Positions 51,466-62,800 of a stretch of DNA of 64,000 nucleotides are shown here, in pieces. Source of the DNA: Oikopleura dioica (taxonomy: Eukaryota; Animalia; Chordata); NCBI GenBank assembly GCA_907165135.1, contig OU015569.1, positions 1,674,001 through 1,738,000 on the forward strand, given 5' to 3'. Made by a program: the position numbers and the translations under genes. Under the pieces are notes generated by a model. That model ran no database searches and was not told the DNA's origin. It saw only the letters and a list, made by a program, of their open reading frames with translations. Within the stretch, counting starts at the first letter, position 1; each line of letters opens with the position of its first letter.

Positions 51466-53135
51466 ATGGAAAAGAGCAGCAAACATAGAAGTTAACATAG
51501 AAGTGGCGTCTAAGAAGCTTCTTAGTTAGTAACGGAAATTTATCGAACACTGAAAAGACTTCCCTGGCATCAAACTCTTCCACGAAGAGCCATGGAGTAA
51601 CGGGTTACTTCAAGCGCAAGGGTCTGTCCCTTCTAGGTGACAACAACGGCCAGAAGGTAAGTAACGTCTTTAAAATTCTGCTGACTTTCGTTTGAAGGTG
51701 CGAAAAACTTGTGATGTCAAAAAAATCACAAGAGAGAGAAGCGTTGTCCGCCGACTCTCTCAAGGCTCACTCAAGGGTAAGGAAGAGACCAAGGAGCGAG
51801 TGCAAGTGCCAGACGACGAGGTTAATCTCGCGTTTCCGCTGAATGAACCAGGAGAAGATCGTTTTGGAGCGATCAGACCCAAGATCGAGCCCTGGAGACA
51901 AGCGATCTGGGATCGATTGCCGGCGGAAAAGAAAATGATTCCCTTTCCGTCTTATGAGCCGTATTCCTTCACTTGTAAGATAAAAGTTCGATTCCATAAT
52001 CTTCTTTCACACTGTAGCGTTCGAATATGTCCGTGCTCGAGAACTCAAGCCAAAGCACGTCGTTGATCCCGCCTACCTCCAAAAGCACAAAGTCCTCAGT
52101 CCAAGACATCGATACATCCTCGTCAATTGGATGATGGAAGTCCAGGAGAGCGACGACCACTACTTCCGCAACGAGCAGCTGTTCCAGGCTGTCCGCTTCA
52201 TCGATGTCTATCTAAGGAAGGAGCCCACAACTAATCGAACTCGTGACTATTTGAATTACTATCTTCCGTGCAGTAGTTTTAAATTAGATTTTGATAAGAG
52301 TCCTCGTTGTTGTCGACTTCAAAAAAGCAAGACGGAGAGCTTGGAATTGGATCGATTTCAGCTACTGGGAATTACTGCCATGTTCGTCGCCTGCAAAATC
52401 GGGGTGCGTTATAAATATCCGAGAGCATTCGTAAAATTTAGTTCAGATGCAGGATTATGCGGATATCAAATCATGGGCGATCCTCGGCGACCCTGAGCAG
52501 CCTTACGACACTGCAGACATCCGCAGGTTCGAGATTAAACTTATGCAAGCGATCGACTGGGATGCGGAAATTTCAACTGCGTATTATTCCCAGAAGCGAC
52601 TGTCCATGCTCGCCAAGTTGAAGGACCACCAGGTAAGCGAAAATTTCTCAGAGAGTTTAACTCTTGTTATAATCAGTGCCACATGGTCCGATATCAACTC
52701 GAATTGTCACTGCTTGCGAGCGAGTTGGTCCCCGTCCGCCCCTCAATTGTAACTGCTGCTGCCGTCCTCGTTGCGAAGACGTACTTTGGCCAGCCCGTCG
52801 AATGGGACGATTACTTGGCCTACCACAGGAACGGCTCCACCTTTGACAGCGTATATTTTTGTACCATGAAAAAAGGTCGACCCTCTAAACAGCGGCTACA
52901 GACTCCACGATCTCCTCCCTGTATGCAAGAGTCTCGTCTACCTGATGAAAAACGCCTACAGCATCGGAAAGGCGAACCTCAAAGGCGCCAAAAATATTGT
53001 CTTCGCAAAGTATTCCAGCGACGACTGCGCAAATGTGAGTTGATCGATTCGTGCCCGTCGTTGTGGGATGAAATGAATTTTTAGATTGCGCTGCTCGACG
53101 AAAGGCTCTTTTTGAACTTGAGAGATTTGGAGTAA
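51466..53135 (+). CDS. Divergent B-type-like cyclin
   Basis: Possible D-box RKGLSLLGD; cyclin box RYILVNWMMEVQ, AVRFIDVYL, FQLLGITAMFVACK, RRFEIKLM; C-terminal YHSGY...AKYS. Start tentative. Confidence 0.88.
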
Positions 53136-53597
53136 AGACTCTTTCGTTTTTTTTTTATTGTATTTTTCTTTCTGTATTTTTTACTGTAAATAAAAAATGA
53201 TGAAGTCTCCAAGACTTTAAACATAAACGTGAATAGAACTGATTATTTGGTCGACTACAAATTTGTAATGACATCTTTGCTCAGTTCTATTGATTCTCTT
53301 TCTGACTCTTATACCTGCCTAACAATGCAACCTGCATAAGAAACCAAATAAGACATTAGTGCACCCAAATTCGAGTTTTAGCCTTTTAACTGCAAATTTG
53401 AGATTGGTTAAATCAAATTATAAATATATTCATATTGAAGGCGTGATCGAACAAAAATTTCAGTTTGGAATGAAAAAATAGAATTGATTGCAGAAGTAAT
53501 TGTTGCACAAGAAAAGAGCAGTAATTGAAAGGGGCAAAAGAAAGTTGTCAATAGGCGGAAGTATCAATGAAAAAGAAGGCGATAAAAAAGGACTCTT

Positions 53598-54816
53598 TTA
53601 TGATGGGGGAGCGAGAACAAGGAACTTGGTGAGCGTTGATTGAATGACTGGTATTTGGAGAACTTCTGTATTCCGCGAGTCGATATACGCAGGATCCATA
53701 CTCGCTACAGTGCGATTAACTTCAGCGAGGACTTCGTGAATGTCTCGATTGTCGGTACTTTTCAGCCGATCCAAAACCTCGCACTAGAAATATTTTCTGT
53801 TCAACTGCAAACAACCCTTTTATCTTACCAAAGCGACAACGAAAAAGCTTCCAACTGTAGTGCTTCTCAGCGAATAGTGTTTTTCAATAGAAGAGTAGTG
53901 GATCAAACAATCAGCATCATAGGGCCACCTAGAATTGCTTTCGTTAAAATATTCCTTAACCCGATTAACAGAAAAGAGAGAAATTGTTACCTTTTTTGCA
54001 CGGTGTTTCCTTGAGCTACGAGATGCGTCTTGCTGAATTTATTTCCTCGACAGGCGTTTACAAAGAAGAGCTTTGGTTTCTTGGCCATGGTTCTGTTTGC
54101 CTTTTTTAGATAATAAATCATTATTCCTACCACCAGTATTCCTTCGTAATGATTTTTATCCGCTCCTTAATAGGATCGACAAAGAAGTTCAAATCCGTGT
54201 GTGTGTCCTTCAAATAAATGATGTTATTCGCACTTCCATGCGACGAAATCGCCATGCCGAATACTTCGATATTTGAAAGATCCATGTTTTTGAAACTTTG
54301 AAGAATGTCCTCTGTGAATTTTTTGTCCGCGTTGTTGTAGATTCGAACTTCGAAGCCAAGGCGCAACATTGTTTTATTCAGTCTGGCGACGTCATTTTTC
54401 GCACCGTGTCTGAAATAAGACTAATACTGATCCTGGCTCCCTTCTTACCTCTTATTGACCACAGTACCGGTCGGAGTTCCGTCCTCATTAATCCAAACGC
54501 ACGAGTTATCAAAGCTTTCGATTCCAAAGATCAAGAAAATCTTCTTCTTCGACTGCTCGACCTTTTTCCAATCATATTCGCGCTTTGTGTAAGTAGAACT
54601 AGCACTGCTGGGCTTAGTAGTTTTCGAAGAGGAAGGTGGCTGAGCGTCAGTTGTCGTATCTGATTTTTTCAAACCGACAACTTTCTTGAAGCTCTTGATG
54701 ATTCCGTCGACTACGTCTCCTTCGTCGTACTCGTTCTCGACTTCGGGCAGCTTTGCTGGGTCATAAGACTTTTCCGTGACGTCCTCCCAAAGCTCAGCGT
54801 TCTTCTCTTCCGACAT
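53598..54816 (-). CDS. Caspase, copy A (short prodomain, NACRG)
   Basis: KRHGAKND, AISSHG, KPKLFFVNACRG, WPYDADCL, YSLR, GSFFV, IPVIQSTLTK across 5 exons. Confidence 0.93.
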
Positions 54817-55028
54817 AATTTCTGAAAACGGCGAATGATGAGTCTTCCATGATTTCGAATAGATTTTCACTAGTTTCTCTAGTGAACTCAGGTAAATTTA
54901 TTGATTCTGAAGGCATAATTGGACAAAAATTCAGGTTGGAATGGGTGTAATAAAAAATAATTGATTGAAGAAATTATCTGTTGTTGCACAAGTCAAAGAA
55001 CGGTAATTGACAGAAGTTAAAGAAACAG

Positions 55029-56481
55029 TCAAACATAAGTCCAGTCAAATGGGGGAGCGAGATAAAGGAACGTTGTGAGCGTAGATTGAATAACTGGTAT
55101 CTGGAGCACTTCTCCTCGATCCTCGATAGGAGTAGGATCCAAACGCGCTACATTGCGATTGACTTCAGCAAGCACCTCGTGAATGTCTCGCTGGTTTGTA
55201 CTTTTCAGCTGATCAAAAACATCGCACTAAAAATAGTTTCTGATTCTCTGAAATAAAACTCCTCATACCAGGGCTGAAACGAAATAGCTTCCAGTTTTCC
55301 TGTCTCTCAGGGAAACTTGTTTTTCAATCGTCGAGAAGTGGATCAAACAATCAGCATCATACGGCCATCTAAAATTTATTTCGTAAAAACGTTCTCTTTA
55401 AGATACTCAATAGATAATACTCAACTAACTGAAATGGTTAAGACATTTCTTTATTCAGAATTAGAATTTTAGTCGTGGAGAAAATTGCTTTGAAAGAGTG
55501 CCTCAGGAACTCTCTCCTTCCCCTTTACGACGACGTGTTTATTAAAACTGATTTAGGAGGGTTTAATTTTTACCTTTTTTGTACTGTGTTTCCTTGAGCT
55601 ACAAGATGCGTCTTGCCGATTCCCTTTCCCCGGCATGCATTAACAAAGAACAGCTTCGGTTTCGCGGCCAGAGTTATGTTCGACTTTTACAGATATTAAA
55701 TTAAGATTTCATGATCTGATGGTTCAACCGTCCGCTATAATATTTGTATCTGCTCCTTAATTGGATCCACGAAGAAATTCAAATCCGTATGAGTGTCCTT
55801 CAGATAAATGATGTTATTCGCACTTCCATGGGACGAAATAGCCATGCCGAATACTTCGATATTCGACAGGTCAATCTTTTTGAAGATTTTCAGAATATCC
55901 TCCGCGACGTATTTCGAAGGATTATGATAAATACGAACTTCGAAGCCAAGGCGCACCATCGTTTTAGTTAGCCTTGCGATATCTTCCTTTGCACCATCTC
56001 TGAAATGAGGTTCAATATTACTGTCTCAACTTATCTCTGTTTTATAACTTTCAATTAAAACAAGGATCTGATAGAAGTTTAATCCAAAAGCCTAATTTAA
56101 CCTTTTATTGACCACAGTTTTAGTCCGCTTTCCAGTCTTATCATCAATCCAAACGCACGACTTATCAAAGTGCTCAATTCCAAAGATCAAGAAAATCTTT
56201 TTCGACTCCTTGACCTTTTTCCAATCGTATTCACGCTTCGTGTAAGTAAAAGTAGCACTGCTAGGCTTAATAGTCTTCGAAGAGGAAGGTGGCTGAGCAT
56301 CAGTTGTCGTATCTGTTTTTTTGCAACCGCTTTCTTGGGCTTTCTTGAAGCTGTTGCTTCTGAGAAATCCGTCGACCTCAGCTCCTTCGTCATATTCATC
56401 CTCGACTTCGGGTAGCTTTGATGGATCATAAGACTTCTCCGTGAGTTCTTTCCAAAGCTCAGCGTTCGTGTCTTCCAGCAT
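55029..56481 (-). CDS. Caspase, copy B (tandem paralog, NACRG)
   Basis: KRDGAKED, AISSHG, KPKLFFVNACRG, WPYDADCL, VSLR, GSYFV; same intron positions as copy A. Confidence 0.93.
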
Positions 56482-56592
56482 TATTTCTGAAAACGGCGAA
56501 CGATGAGTCCTCTTTGATTTCGAATAAATAGATTCTCAACTAGTAACTCTAGTGAACTTAGGAGTAGAAAGACAGAGAATTTTCTTCGAAGT

Positions 56593-57123
56593 TTAAAACT
56601 TCGAGTTCAAGAATTTGGACACAAAATCAGTCGCTTTAGGATCGTTTTGAAGGAGCTCATCGAAGGGTCGGTGCATTTGCGATTCCTGAGAATAGCCGAC
56701 AACCAACTCCTGGAAATCCATCTGGCCTTTGCCGAGGAGCAACTCGATCGCGCGAGTGTCAGAAATGTTACTGAAGAGATTGTTATTTTAAAATGGTGGC
56801 ATTTTCCTTCCAATCACCTGTTTTTGGCGAATTCGTTTTTGATAACTTGTCGGTAGACATTGACGGGAATAGAAGATTTGTTCAAGACGAGGATCTCTGG
56901 GGCGGCTCTGTAGAATGCTTTGTACAAGGTGAGGACTCGAAGACGAGAGTTGGCCTGAAAGGAGAGAGCATTAGGGTTAATGGGGTTGCGGAAGTCTTAC
57001 TCTGGCATAGTCGGCTCGAGCTTGAGTGTTCAACTTCTCGGATGGGGTCTGCTTGACGTATCCTTCGACGGAGGCGCCGGAGTTGCGAACCGCCTGGCTC
57101 CTTACGACAGCTCGAGTCAACAT
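56593..57123 (-). CDS. NDUFA6: NADH dehydrogenase 1 alpha subcomplex subunit 6 (B14, LYR family)
   Basis: RLRVLTLYKAFYRAAP...EFAKNSNISDTRAIELLLGKGQMDFQE...DFVSKF matches the B14 pattern. Confidence 0.9.
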
Positions 57124-57699
57124 TCTAGTAGTAAAAGATAGAGTTCTGCTTTTTTAGATACTTTGTAAATAACAAAAGAAAACGGCGCTTATTTTCTTAT
57201 TTTTTTGACCTATTAAATTTATAATAAATAGATACCTTCAAAATATTTGTGTTTTGGTCATTTTAAATCTTCATAAAATCAAATTTAAATATTTTCATTG
57301 CTATTTCTCTACATTTAAATCTGACCAAACGAAGAGAAACCAAGCTAAACTAGCAAATCATTTTCCCTTTAATCATTTTTACTACTTTTCCTTCTCTTCT
57401 ATAAATTTCCCTTTTTATTATTTACCCTTTTATTCAATTTTCGATATTAAAAAAGCATTGAAAGAACTTTCTTTATTTAGATTTTATTGAAAATAGAAGG
57501 AGGAAAATTGTAATTCAGCTCAGAAAAAAGGAGGAAAAAACACATCAAGAATAACCACAGATAGAAATTGTTTCGTAGGGTCATGTTTTTGGAAAAGTAA
57601 AGTAACGAGGTAGAATTATTTACAAAATCGGAAAGTAGTAAAAGTCAAGTAGAGTGCTAAAAGGTGAGAACAACTGTATAAATAAGGAGGAGTGGGTGT

Positions 57700-58336
57700 T
57701 CAGTGAGAAGTGTCGAGAAGAGGCGTTTTTGAGCGGAATCGGGAGAAGTGGGAGGCAAATGACTGCTGCACCCCTTGCGAGTGTTCACATTGATTCACTG
57801 CGCCCGACTTTCTACAATGTTTGCAGACGAGCACGCCGCAGGAGCTAGAAAATAGAGTTGAGAAAGGTCAAAGGTCGGGTCGAGCGACGTACCGGCAGTG
57901 CCAAGGGCGGCGAAACCAAATACTGGCGTGGCATTGGTGGCAGTTCTTGTGGCGCGTCTCGATGTTCTTGCGTCGGAAATTGTGCTGGTCGGTTTTGGAG
58001 AGGTAGGAAGAGTCCTCGGATTGAAAGAGGAGGAGGCAGTTGACGAAGAGGGATGACTCATCGTCCAGGTCGATATACTTGCCAGTGGTAGGCTCGATGA
58101 TGTTCACTTTCTCGAAATCAACGCCGCGCAGACGGTTGCATTTTTTCAAAGTATCTCCCACGGACACTAGAAACTAGAGTTACCGACCTAGAGCACAAGA
58201 AAAATGACTCACCATCGTCGTGGACTGCAACAGTTGTGAGACCGTTGAGTGTTAGAACTTGGAAAGTCCTCCGCGGCATGCCGAAGTTTCGTCGCTGAGT
58301 GATGTCGTAAGCTGGTTTCATTTCTGTGAGCATCAT
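57700..58336 (-). CDS. Raf-type RBD + C1-like zinc finger protein with no kinase domain
   Basis: Three exons. RBD-like RTFQVLTLNGLTTVAVHDDVSVGDTLKKCNRLRGVDFE...GKYIDLD, then HNFRRK...CHQC...HCRSCGVLVCKHC...C; stop at 57700. Confidence 0.8.
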
Positions 58337-58562
58337 TTTTTCTATGATTGATGGATTGATTGAGGATGAGTTGAGTAGTCAGAAAAATACAGTATGCGCC
58401 GATTTCAATTTTATAAATCTGAAAAGAAGAGGGGTTAAAATCTAGAATTTTTTAAGTGAGCTTAAACTTGAACATTAATAATTGAACTAGACGGGACGTT
58501 TCTTGTGCGTCTCATGTGTGGCAGTCTAACAGGTGAACAAGTCGAGAGGTTCGTCCTGAATC

Positions 58563-59440
58563 TCACTCTTCTTCTTCCTCTTCGTCCATGGTAATGTCCA
58601 TGACTTCTATCGACGTTTCCGCCTCGACTCTGCGCATCTTTTGCTCCAGCCCATGAATCGCTTGAAGAAGGACATGCACTTCTTTTCTTCTCTCGTTTAG
58701 CTTGGAATCGAGCCCTTCCTTTTCTATAAAAACGACGGTTAGAATTATTCTCTTCCTTGATTTCAGATGATTTACCGATAGTTAAAGCGTCGATGTCTTC
58801 TTTTATTTTCTCGATTTCGGCGTTGGACGTTGCTCTGTCAGGATGTTTGTTGATGATTTTGGCAAAGGCGTCGTATTCTTGCTGATTGGACTTGTATTTT
58901 CGCGCTTCTTTCAGCTCGGCTCTGAAATCGCATAAAATTTTAAGCTAGAACTGTTGAACGTACGTTGCTTTTTCTATCATTTTCGAGGCATTGGACATTT
59001 CAACTTCAACTTCTTTCTCGTTGTCAATGTATTTTTGTCGTTGGCGCTCGTTGGCCTTGGCGATCATTGTCAACTTCTTCACCTGCGAACGAAGTTGAAA
59101 ACGAAAGTACTTATGAATGGCCCTGGCAAGCTTCCTTGACCTAGGAACGGATAATTGACCTGATATTCCGCTTGATCGAGCATTTGCAAAATCTTCTGTC
59201 CAGCTGCCTGATCAGGTTCCGGACTGTTGCACCACTAAACCAAATACTCACTATTTCTTATTTACTCTCTCGCGCGAAGTTTCAGGTTTTGAAAGTTCTA
59301 GGCACGTCGAAAGGTACTTTTACGAGTCTTACCCGAAGAAAGGATTTTAATAAAAGTGTCAGCTTCCTGTCATCGCCCGCACCCTCGCCGTCAAGCAACA
59401 ATCGTGTGCGAATCACTTCATCGTCCTTAGCGGTGTTCAT
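58563..59440 (-). CDS. THOC7: THO complex subunit 7
   Basis: DDEVIRTRLLLDGEGAGDDRKLTLLLKSF, WCNS, KQHPD-like QHPDR, RRKEVHVLL. Confidence 0.95.
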
Positions 59441-59874
59441 TCTAAAATAACTAATATTGGAGAAAATCTTCATCAAAATTCATAAAAAACGAATAACTTT
59501 GTAGACTTTAAACTAAAAAGAAAATTGACCTGAGCTGCCTCGAGTTTTCCGTAAATTTGAGCTCTAAATCAGCAGCTATTTGGCAATCCAACTTTTGGAA
59601 AAAGGAAAAGACACTGCCTAATCATTGCTGATTTAATAAACTCACAGAAATGTAACCCTCAACAGCGGGGGGTAGGGATAAAATTTTCACGCGTTTCTTT
59701 CACAACGGGTGTTAAAATTATCCTCCGCAAATTTTAACCCTTGGCAGCTGGCTGGTATTTAAAGGTTATTAGGATCCGGCGAGGATCGATTTGAAGTTGC
59801 TAAAAATATCGTTTTTTTTTTCTTTTCAAGCCCAACAAATTTAACGAATTTTAAGAATTCCAGGGTAAGAAATT

Positions 59875-62800
59875 TCACCCCTGTTCTTTATTCGATAAAT
59901 CTAATTCTTCAATGACAATCGCATAATTTCTTTCCCTCTTTCCGGAGCAGAAAATACCTGCAACAGAAAGATGACAAATCGAAAAACAATCTCTAAATTC
60001 TTCTTTCAAATCGCTGATTCCATCTTCCTTCTGTTCTTCTTTCTCTAATAACAGCACTTGGGAAGCTTTTCCTCTTCTTCTCTCAAAAATCTCTTTCACT
60101 TCTGACTTCGAGTCTTTTTAAAACGGTTCAAAAACACTCCAAACTCTATTTCCGGGAGAATGAAGCGTGCGGGCATTTCCGCTTCTTAATCCGGTCGAGG
60201 AAAAAGGAAAACGGCGAAAAATTGATAGTGCGTGGCCCGCGGTGCTTGCTCTCAAAGTGCCCGTCATTTTGGTTATGGGGTTTTTTTAAATTGGTGATTT
60301 GAACCGGACCGACAGCGGCGCAATAATGCGCCAAGCCAGATGCGCTCACGCGCGCCGCGATCTCGACGGACGCCCCGCGCGGCAGACAGGACACGAGGAT
60401 ACTGAAGCTCCCTAAATCTTCGCTGCGGATGCTGTTTTTGGGCTTCTTGGAGTAGAAAAGTTAGGGTGATGGGATAAGAATGATGGGAAATATCTTTGCT
60501 ATTCGTTGGAAATTGAAGTTAAAACTCGAACCTTAGACCAAGAAAGGGACCATTTTGAAAATTTATGAGAAAATGATAGAAGATGACCTGATAGAAGCTA
60601 CTGTACGCTTTAGTCTCTTATATTCAAGATCTAAAAAACAATCTGAACAAAAACACGGATCAAATAAAAAAGCGAATAAGCAAAATATCAAAGGCCAATA
60701 AAACTTAGTAGACAATCATTATTTGAGGGGATAAACTACCGTTTACGATAAACATAGACAACATTTTGTTTATTGATTTTTGGGAATAAGCCCGTTCCTG
60801 GTACCAGTGGCAATGTCCTCCGAGGTGATGAAAGAGTACATGCTCTGAGCTTGAAAGCTAGGCGCCATCAGTTCGATCAGCTGGTCGCGGTGCGAACAAG
60901 CGAGGCGCAGTTGATTTGAGGCTCCCGCCGCTAAGAGGTGTTCCATCCCTCGTAAACCTTTGCAGAGCTTTAAACCGACCGCCATCAGTTAAAAGCAATA
61001 AACCACGGGCAACCAAAAATGCATGCTGTTTTAGAAGCACTAACTTTTCCTTCAATACAACCCATGTTGTAGAAAATCTCAAACTCTAAAAAACCATTTA
61101 TTCTCGGGCATTTTAGTTTAGCTATTTTGATGAAAATATTTTTTCTATAATTTGAAAAATATCGTTCCAGCTTTCATCCTTTTTTGAACAATTGCATTGC
61201 ACATTTTTTTAGTTCCTATTCTTCAGAGAAATCTTCTGAGAATTCAAATAAGCCCATAAAAATACCCAATGCTCCGGATTTTTGAAAATTTATGACATGC
61301 TTATTTAGATGGGAGCCGGATATCATTTTTTGTCGTGTCTTTGAGCAAAGCCATAAATCGCCGAAAGTCAGTGTGCTCAAATTTCCCTATTTTCCCACTT
61401 GTGATATTTCCTTCCGATAAGAAATTTTGAAATTTCCAATTGTGTGAAAATCTCAGCTCATAAAGTTTGGACCTGGGAAGATTGCAACAGTGATTTATGA
61501 GTATTGCCTTTTCTGCAATTCTATCTGTAATAAACATACTGTTGGGAGGAAGTTATTGTTGCTCATTGGCTCATGGGTATTTATTCAAGAACCAGTGGGG
61601 TATAATTTATTTTTGGGGTCCCCTTGAAGAGCTGAGAAAATATTTTTCCCACAGGTTCGAAAACAGGAAGTGGCGGGTGCTGCGATAGTGGCGGGATTAG
61701 ACACCCTGTCCTAGACTGGCCGAGATACATTTCCGCTCCCCTGCTGAGATTTATGGTACCTCCTATGGCGGCAAATCCTTTCAAATTCGGCCGTTAAGCT
61801 CTCTCCTATGATTCCGGACAAGTACAATTCCTCGTTGAACAGCGCAGCTTGAGAATATGGCCCAACAACGGAGCAGGCCCAATTCGAGCGGCTAGTCACT
61901 TTCAACCTTATTTTTTCGTTGATCTACTAGCAGAGTAAAAGCTCTTCGTGATAGCCTATTACATATAAACATTAGGTCTTCGAGTCTTTATTGAAGAACG
62001 AAAACATTTCGTGAGAGGAAAACTAGATAAACGATCCTTTTCGAGTTTCCAGAGTCGCCTCCTCTTGCCAAGACGTTGATGATGAACGACTGGTCGGGTG
62101 GCAAGTCAACTTCGACACAGAGCCTGGTCGGCGTTTTTTTCTCGCCTTTGAAGAATTCGTTGTACGCCGCATTCATTGTGTTAAATTGACTGTGCGAAGA
62201 ATTGAAACGTGTGATTATTTTTCTCTCGCTTTTGAACCAACCTTAAATCGCGGAGAAATAGCTGCACTTGAACAATGTCGGCTCTATTGAGGCCTCTCGC
62301 CTTTAGCCCGCAATTAACAGTTTCCAGCGCGGCGGCGAGGGTTGAAGAGCTGAGACCGGAAATCGCCACGAATCGACCATCGGATGCGATGATTTTACCC
62401 TCCGTGACTGCTGGAACGGCCGCTGCATCTGATCGATACTGCACAAGTGTGTTGGGAAAATATTCACTCTAATAGCCACGGAAGCGGGAACGCGCACGCG
62501 ATCCAATGCACTGACAAATTTCATGCTTAGACTTTGCTCGAGATCTTCATCAGAGATCGAATTTTATGTTCCCAAATTTCAATCATTCAATTAATAATCA
62601 TCATTAATTCGGGTCAGAAATGTCTGAAGAAAAATCTCCTTTTGTATTGTATAGCCCCTCTAACCCACTCAAGAAGTATTTCTCGAATGACCTTTAGCCT
62701 TGGATAAAAATAAAGGATGAATGAAAACCCCGTCAAGAAATTCGGCTCATCCCTTTATTGAGAAACAGGGAAAAAATAAATCGAGGTGTATATTTTCATT

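Noticed and set aside
50700-51498. Minus-strand ORFs upstream of the cyclin
   Set aside because: Its ATG would lie under 30 bp from the cyclin ATG; no domain support.
58524-58534. GTCTAACAG|GT resembling the 3' end of the Oikopleura spliced leader (recalled from memory)
   Set aside because: Only 9 nt match, the rest of the leader is absent, and it lies antisense in the THOC7 3' region.
59727-59750. TTAACCCT piggyBac-like terminus (similar short ends at 3202, 3750, 29890)
   Set aside because: No matching partner TIR beyond the TTAA-CCC core.
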